A DNA stretch of 64,000 nucleotides, taken from NCBI RefSeq assembly GCF_038871235.1, contig NZ_JAVZIN010000003.1:32001-96000 (forward strand). The letters are read 5' to 3'. The notes under the pieces were generated by a model. It did not search any database, was not told where the DNA came from, and saw only the letters and a program-made list of their open reading frames with translations. The position numbers and the translations under genes were made by a program. This DNA comes from Candidatus Hadarchaeum sp. (lineage in GTDB: Archaea > Hadarchaeota > Hadarchaeia > Hadarchaeales > Hadarchaeaceae). Below, in pieces: positions 59,991-64,000 of the stretch. Numbering within the stretch: the stretch's first letter is position 1; each line of letters starts with the position of its first letter.

Positions 59991-61085
59991 TCATACCAAG
60001 CCTCCGTAGAGCATACCGATCATGGTGGCGACAATGACCACCAGCACTATATACACACCGGCTTTTCTCCACCCGACCATCCTCATCAGCACGACCATGC
60101 TGGGTAGGCTCAGGGCTGGCCCAGCTAGCAGCAGGGCAAGGGCAGGGCCAGGTGCCATGAGCCCGGAGCTGTAACCGAAAAGAGTCCCTATAATTGGAAC
60201 CTCGAGCAGCGTCGGCATATACAGCAGCGCGCCAACGACTGACGCCAGCAGGCAGGCGAAGAACGAGTTGTCTCCGAGATAAGGTTTGGTCAGCTCCCCC
60301 ACAGCTATCGACGGATCATGGGATGGTGAGAAATTTGCCGCGATTCCACCGATCACTCCAACTACAAAAACGCCGACCAGCAGGACGGGGAATATCTTTT
60401 TTACGATCCACCATGTTTCATGACCCCAGTTTTTGACCTCGTCCTTTGTGTAATAGAATATTAATATCACAGCGACCGCGATGGTTAGCAAGTAAACAAC
60501 CGCCAGCCTGAACAACAGTGAAATCAGTCCGGAGGCGCCGACGACCAGTATCGCGACCAAGAGAATGAAAAATATTGGAGAAACGTATTTGGGTCTGGTG
60601 CCAGTGGACGTTTCAACTTGAGTGACTTGATTAATGGCTAAAACCTCTTTTTTTGCCCCCCGTTCAAAAATTGCTTCCATAATGAGGCCGATGATAATCG
60701 CCATAGACACCGAACTCACTGCTCGGGCAATGCCTAGGTCAAAGCCTAGCACGCTGGCCGTGAAGACTATTGCCAAGACGTTGATGGCCGGTCCCGAAAA
60801 TAAAAAGGAGAAGGCAGGACCTATTCCAGCGCCGCGCTTGTAAATGCCTTGGAATATGGGCAATATCGTGCAGCTGCATACCGCCAAGATGGCTCCAGAG
60901 ATAGAGGCAACGCTGTAGGAGAGCCATTTCTTGGTCCCGGACCCAAAATACTTGATCACGGATTGCTTGCTGACGAGAGCTGCTATTGCACCGGAGATGA
61001 AAAAGGCGGGCACTAGGCAGGTGATCACGTGAGCCGAGAGATACTCAATCAAGGCGTCGATTCCTGGTCTGATGATATCATACAT
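59991..61085 (-). CDS. ArsP/DUF318-family permease
   Basis: HVITCLVPAFF, AVCSCTILP, FSGPAIN, YMPTLLEVP, AGPALSLP. Confidence 0.9.
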   Translation of the reverse strand: MYDIIRPGIDALIEYLSAHVITCLVPAFFISGAIAALVSKQSVIKYFGSGTKKWLSYSVASISGAILAVCSCTILPIFQGIYKRGAGIGPAFSFLFSGPAINVLAIVFTASVLGFDLGIARAVSSVSMAIIIGLIMEAIFERGAKKEVLAINQVTQVETSTGTRPKYVSPIFFILLVAILVVGASGLISLLFRLAVVYLLTIAVAVILIFYYTKDEVKNWGHETWWIVKKIFPVLLVGVFVVGVIGGIAANFSPSHDPSIAVGELTKPYLGDNSFFACLLASVVGALLYMPTLLEVPIIGTLFGYSSGLMAPGPALALLLAGPALSLPSMVVLMRMVGWRKAGVYIVLVVIVATMIGMLYGGLV

Positions 61086-61088
61086 AGT

Positions 61089-61106
61089 ATTTCAAAATTA
61101 TTTGAA
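61089..61106. promoter_or_regulatory. Operator palindrome upstream of the ArsP operon
   Basis: ATTTCAA-AATTAT-TTGAA next to TATTTAAA; same motif as 56828-56847. Confidence 0.7.
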
Positions 61107-61164
61107 CTACTATTTAAAGATTAAGTCAGCCACGGTTAGAAGAAGCAGCTGGTCGTAATCTATT

Positions 61165-62313
61165 CTATACGTGGCAAATGCCTTTGTCCGACTCGATTGG
61201 CTCGGTTATGGTTTCACTTGGAGGTTGCTCCATCCAAACCGGCAACATCTTTTTCTCCCTTCTCAGAGTCTCGATGGTTTGAGCCGCTAAGGTTCTCTTC
61301 TTCAACGCTTCCTGCCTTATGGCTTCCAAACCGGGTCGCACGCTGGCAAGATCAATTACGGAAAATTTGCCCAGTTTTCCCGCTTCAGCGAAAGCTTCTT
61401 CCCCCAGTTCCGTCCTGATTAACACCGTCGATCTTCCTGCAGGTGAGCCCAAATATCCAATTGAGATGTCGGCCATTTCAGCTGAGAAGTTCGAGCAGAT
61501 TCGGCAAGGCAGGTCAATGTATTTTCTTACTTCAGCGAGCGGGAGTTCCCGGGACGGGCCGTGCTTTAAGTAAATGATTAATTTCTCGTTTTTCAGGTCA
61601 AACTTGTTCACCGAAGCCAATGGTATCTGGAGGCTCTTTTCAACGATATTTTTGAAAAAGTCTCCATACTTGAAGACACCACTGCAGAACAGACCTATTC
61701 TCAACTTTATCGCGTCCGAGATGTGCTCATTCTTGGGCGTTGAAAGCCCCATTCTTCTCGAGGCCACTATCTGGCAGGGTGTTCCGACTACGGCGACTTT
61801 TTTTCGATAATACATGTTCACCGCTTCGCGGAGCCCGAGTGATATCGGCCCCCGTGAGTATTTGGTTCCGGCGCACTCTAGCACCTCTTGTGGGGTTATA
61901 GCTACTTTAGCTACAGGATACCATGGAGTTTCAGCAGTTCCAGTGACAATCGCCGCGTCTATGAACCCGATCTCAAGCAATGAGCTGAGCAGAGCGGTCA
62001 CCGCGCCACCATCTTGAGCACGGATTTTAGTGCTTGAATCATTAGCCTCCACCGAGAGGGCGTGCCTGTAAGTGCCGATCAGTTCGTCTTGGGGTGGGGC
62101 GCCAAAGACGGGGATCTGCAGGCTGTTGGGGTCAACGACCTCAGGACAGGTGCCGTAACAGATGCCGCAGTTAATACAGACACCCTTCAGCGCTGGTTTT
62201 TCATTAACCCTTTCCAGAGCCTGCACCGGACAGGTCGCCACACAGCTACCGCAGCCTATGCAGTAATCAGGATTTACAACATCTTTGGCTAGATGCTGCC
62301 AGACCTTCACCAT
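61165..62313 (-). CDS. FrhB/FpoF-family F420-binding subunit with N-terminal 2x[4Fe-4S] domain
   Basis: CIGCGSCVATCP, CINCGICYGTCP, AQDGGAVTALL, GTKY, VGTPCQ, GLFC, CRIC. Confidence 0.9.
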   Translation of the reverse strand: MVKVWQHLAKDVVNPDYCIGCGSCVATCPVQALERVNEKPALKGVCINCGICYGTCPEVVDPNSLQIPVFGAPPQDELIGTYRHALSVEANDSSTKIRAQDGGAVTALLSSLLEIGFIDAAIVTGTAETPWYPVAKVAITPQEVLECAGTKYSRGPISLGLREAVNMYYRKKVAVVGTPCQIVASRRMGLSTPKNEHISDAIKLRIGLFCSGVFKYGDFFKNIVEKSLQIPLASVNKFDLKNEKLIIYLKHGPSRELPLAEVRKYIDLPCRICSNFSAEMADISIGYLGSPAGRSTVLIRTELGEEAFAEAGKLGKFSVIDLASVRPGLEAIRQEALKKRTLAAQTIETLRREKKMLPVWMEQPPSETITEPIESDKGICHV

Positions 62314-62314
62314 A

Positions 62315-63433
62315 TTATTTCCTCTTAAACCCGTACTGTTCGGGATTATAAAAGGGCCAATCCACAACTTCGGCTTTCCTTTTTCTGCCGTGGATTTCTA
62401 CCCCGAGGGTATCGCCCACCTTAACCTCGGGAAGCACATAGCCCATCGCGATCCCTATCTTCAAAAGGGGTGAGAAGGTTCCAGAAGACACCCAGCCGAT
62501 CTTTTCGCCATTCCGGAAGATGCCGTAGCCTTGTCTAGGTATCCCAGGCTCGAGCATTCGTAGCCCAATTCTAATTTTCTTCAATCCTGATTTCTTTTGT
62601 TCCAGCAATGCCGCCCGCCCGACGAAGTCCCCCTTGTCAAGCTTGACCGCAAATTCTATTCTGGCCTCAAGGGGTGATATCTCCTCCGTGAGGTCGTTTC
62701 CATACAAACACAGGCCGGCTTCAAGGCGTAAGGTATCACGGGCCCCGAGTCCGCAGGGTTTGACCCCATATTCCTTACCAGCCTCCAGGATGGCCTTCCA
62801 CAGACGCTCAGCCCGTTTAGGGTTGGCCTGCGGTTCGTCCAGCAGGAAAACTTCTAGACCATCTTCACCAGTATAACCGGTCCTGCTGATGAGTGCTTCT
62901 GTGCCGGCGACATTTACCCAGCTGGCCTTGAATCTCTTTATCTTGGCGAGATCAAAGTCGGTTAACTTTTGCAGCGTTGGTATCGCTTTTGGTCCTTGTA
63001 AAGCAAAAAGCGTCGTCGTCATAGTTATGTCCTTAATTTCCACATCAAACTTGTTCTTCTGGGTGAACCAATTTCCTATTTTTTCAACGTTAGCGGCGTT
63101 GCAGACCACTAGATAGTCGTTTTCAGCAAGGCGGTAGACCAGAATGTCGTCGCGAGTTCCCCCTTGTTCGTTGGTCACCGTTGAATACTGGCTCCCTAGT
63201 ATTTCAAGCTTGGAGACATCGTTGGTCGTCACCATTTGAAGAAATCCCAGTGCTTCTCGTCCGCTCACTTTAAACTCTCCCATGTGGCTGACGTCAAAAA
63301 GTCCCGCCGCTTCCCGCACAGCCGTATGTTCTTCTGCCAAACTCGTGTAGCTCAGTGGCATCTCCCATCCTGCAAACTCGATCAGCTTTGCACCCAGCGA
63401 GCGATGGATGTGGGCTATGTGGAGCTGTTTCAT
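62315..63433 (-). CDS. gcvT: Glycine cleavage system T protein
   Basis: FAGWEMP, GLFDVSHMG, RTGYTGEDG, GLGARDTLRLEAG. Confidence 0.95.
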   Translation of the reverse strand: MKQLHIAHIHRSLGAKLIEFAGWEMPLSYTSLAEEHTAVREAAGLFDVSHMGEFKVSGREALGFLQMVTTNDVSKLEILGSQYSTVTNEQGGTRDDILVYRLAENDYLVVCNAANVEKIGNWFTQKNKFDVEIKDITMTTTLFALQGPKAIPTLQKLTDFDLAKIKRFKASWVNVAGTEALISRTGYTGEDGLEVFLLDEPQANPKRAERLWKAILEAGKEYGVKPCGLGARDTLRLEAGLCLYGNDLTEEISPLEARIEFAVKLDKGDFVGRAALLEQKKSGLKKIRIGLRMLEPGIPRQGYGIFRNGEKIGWVSSGTFSPLLKIGIAMGYVLPEVKVGDTLGVEIHGRKRKAEVVDWPFYNPEQYGFKRK

Positions 63434-63551
63434 GTTATCCCATCACACCTCTTTACTCTTCTTTATTAGCTTTCTGTTTTAACTTTGGTTTCTTCCAACT
63501 AATTCTTTAATAATTTCTCAAGACGATTTTAGGCTACTGAAGGGGACGTTT

Positions 63552-63690
63552 TCAATGCCTTTTTTTCACAGCCTTTTTGGTGACCTCGCTTAGCCTCGCT
63601 TGCACATCCTTGGCTAGGGAGGTTGGTTCTTGTTCCTTCAAGATCTTTTGCCATCTCCCCTAACCCTTTGCGCCATGCCCTTTCTGACCC
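63552..63690 (-). pseudogene. Possible frameshifted relic of an MttB-family methyltransferase C-terminus
   Basis: Across frames it reads KGMAQRVR / EMAK / KILKEQEPTSLAKDVQARLSEVTKKAVK, resembling MttB/MtgB tails. Confidence 0.35.
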
Positions 63691-64000
63691 CTATCAAATT
63701 TCCCTTCGGTCATTTGGCACGTTTTTTAGATTGGAAGTTATTTGGGTAAGGGCCAAAAACTCGAAATTCCAAAGAATTCAGAACCCTTCAGCTGATGGAG
63801 GTTTAGCATTTGGTGGATGGTGCTTAAGGCAGAGAGACGGGAGAATCTTTTTTATTTAAGCAGCTTTTTATTATTATGTAAGGATTGAGATGGTAGGTTG
63901 AATGCGGCAGAGTATAGCACGGGACTTGATTAATCACGAGCTTTCCAGAATCAGGAAAGAGATTGAAATGAGTGGCCTGTCCAAATGGTCATCTCGGTTC

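Noticed and set aside
1786-62876. Many long antisense or alternate-frame ORFs in the track (e.g. 1786-2442, 9939-10562, 18924-19667, 43748-44416, 47248-47925)
   Set aside because: They are shadows of well-supported genes, with Ser/Pro/Arg-rich composition and no motifs.
1-64000. CRISPR arrays, rRNA genes, IS elements, inteins
   Set aside because: No regularly spaced repeats, rRNA sequence, transposase motifs or intein-sized insertions were seen.

Overview
This is 64 kb of archaeal chromosome from an anaerobic, F420-using lineage; Hadarchaeota-like is an inference from gene content only. Housekeeping blocks are the RNA-end enzymes (rtcA, cca, thpR, NOG1, queC), a Re-citrate/homocitrate synthase-LeuCD-type aconitase-ICDH operon, a type IV pilus/T2SS ATPase-TadC pair, tRNA-Gly(GCC), the nep1-rpp21-S19e-L39e-L31e-eIF6-LX-prefoldin-ftsY cluster, trpB2, a full cofCDEGH set with fno and mer, and gcvT. 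Three accessory blocks stand out. (1) A signalling cassette (30.3-38.8 kb) couples a GH3-family acyl-amido synthetase to a stand-alone 7TM sensor, two DUF835 (inactive KaiC-fold) proteins, a KaiC-like ATPase and a MEDS-PadR/PadR pair; it is a candidate archaeal small-molecule signal synthesis and sensing circuit. (2) A catabolic island after tRNA-Gly carries a pyrrolysine-free MtmB, a corrinoid protein, Fe-ADH, AOR and two Na+/solute symporters. (3) An arsenic/metalloid island (54.2-61.1 kb) holds Acr3, ArsP, two ArsRs, three thioredoxin-fold proteins, two DUF169 proteins and a B12-dependent radical SAM enzyme, with two of its promoters sharing an operator. Outside the ORF track I found rpl39e, a box C/D sRNA predicted to guide 16S Cm1402, and two gene relics. 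All family calls come from motifs recognised by eye; no database search was run.
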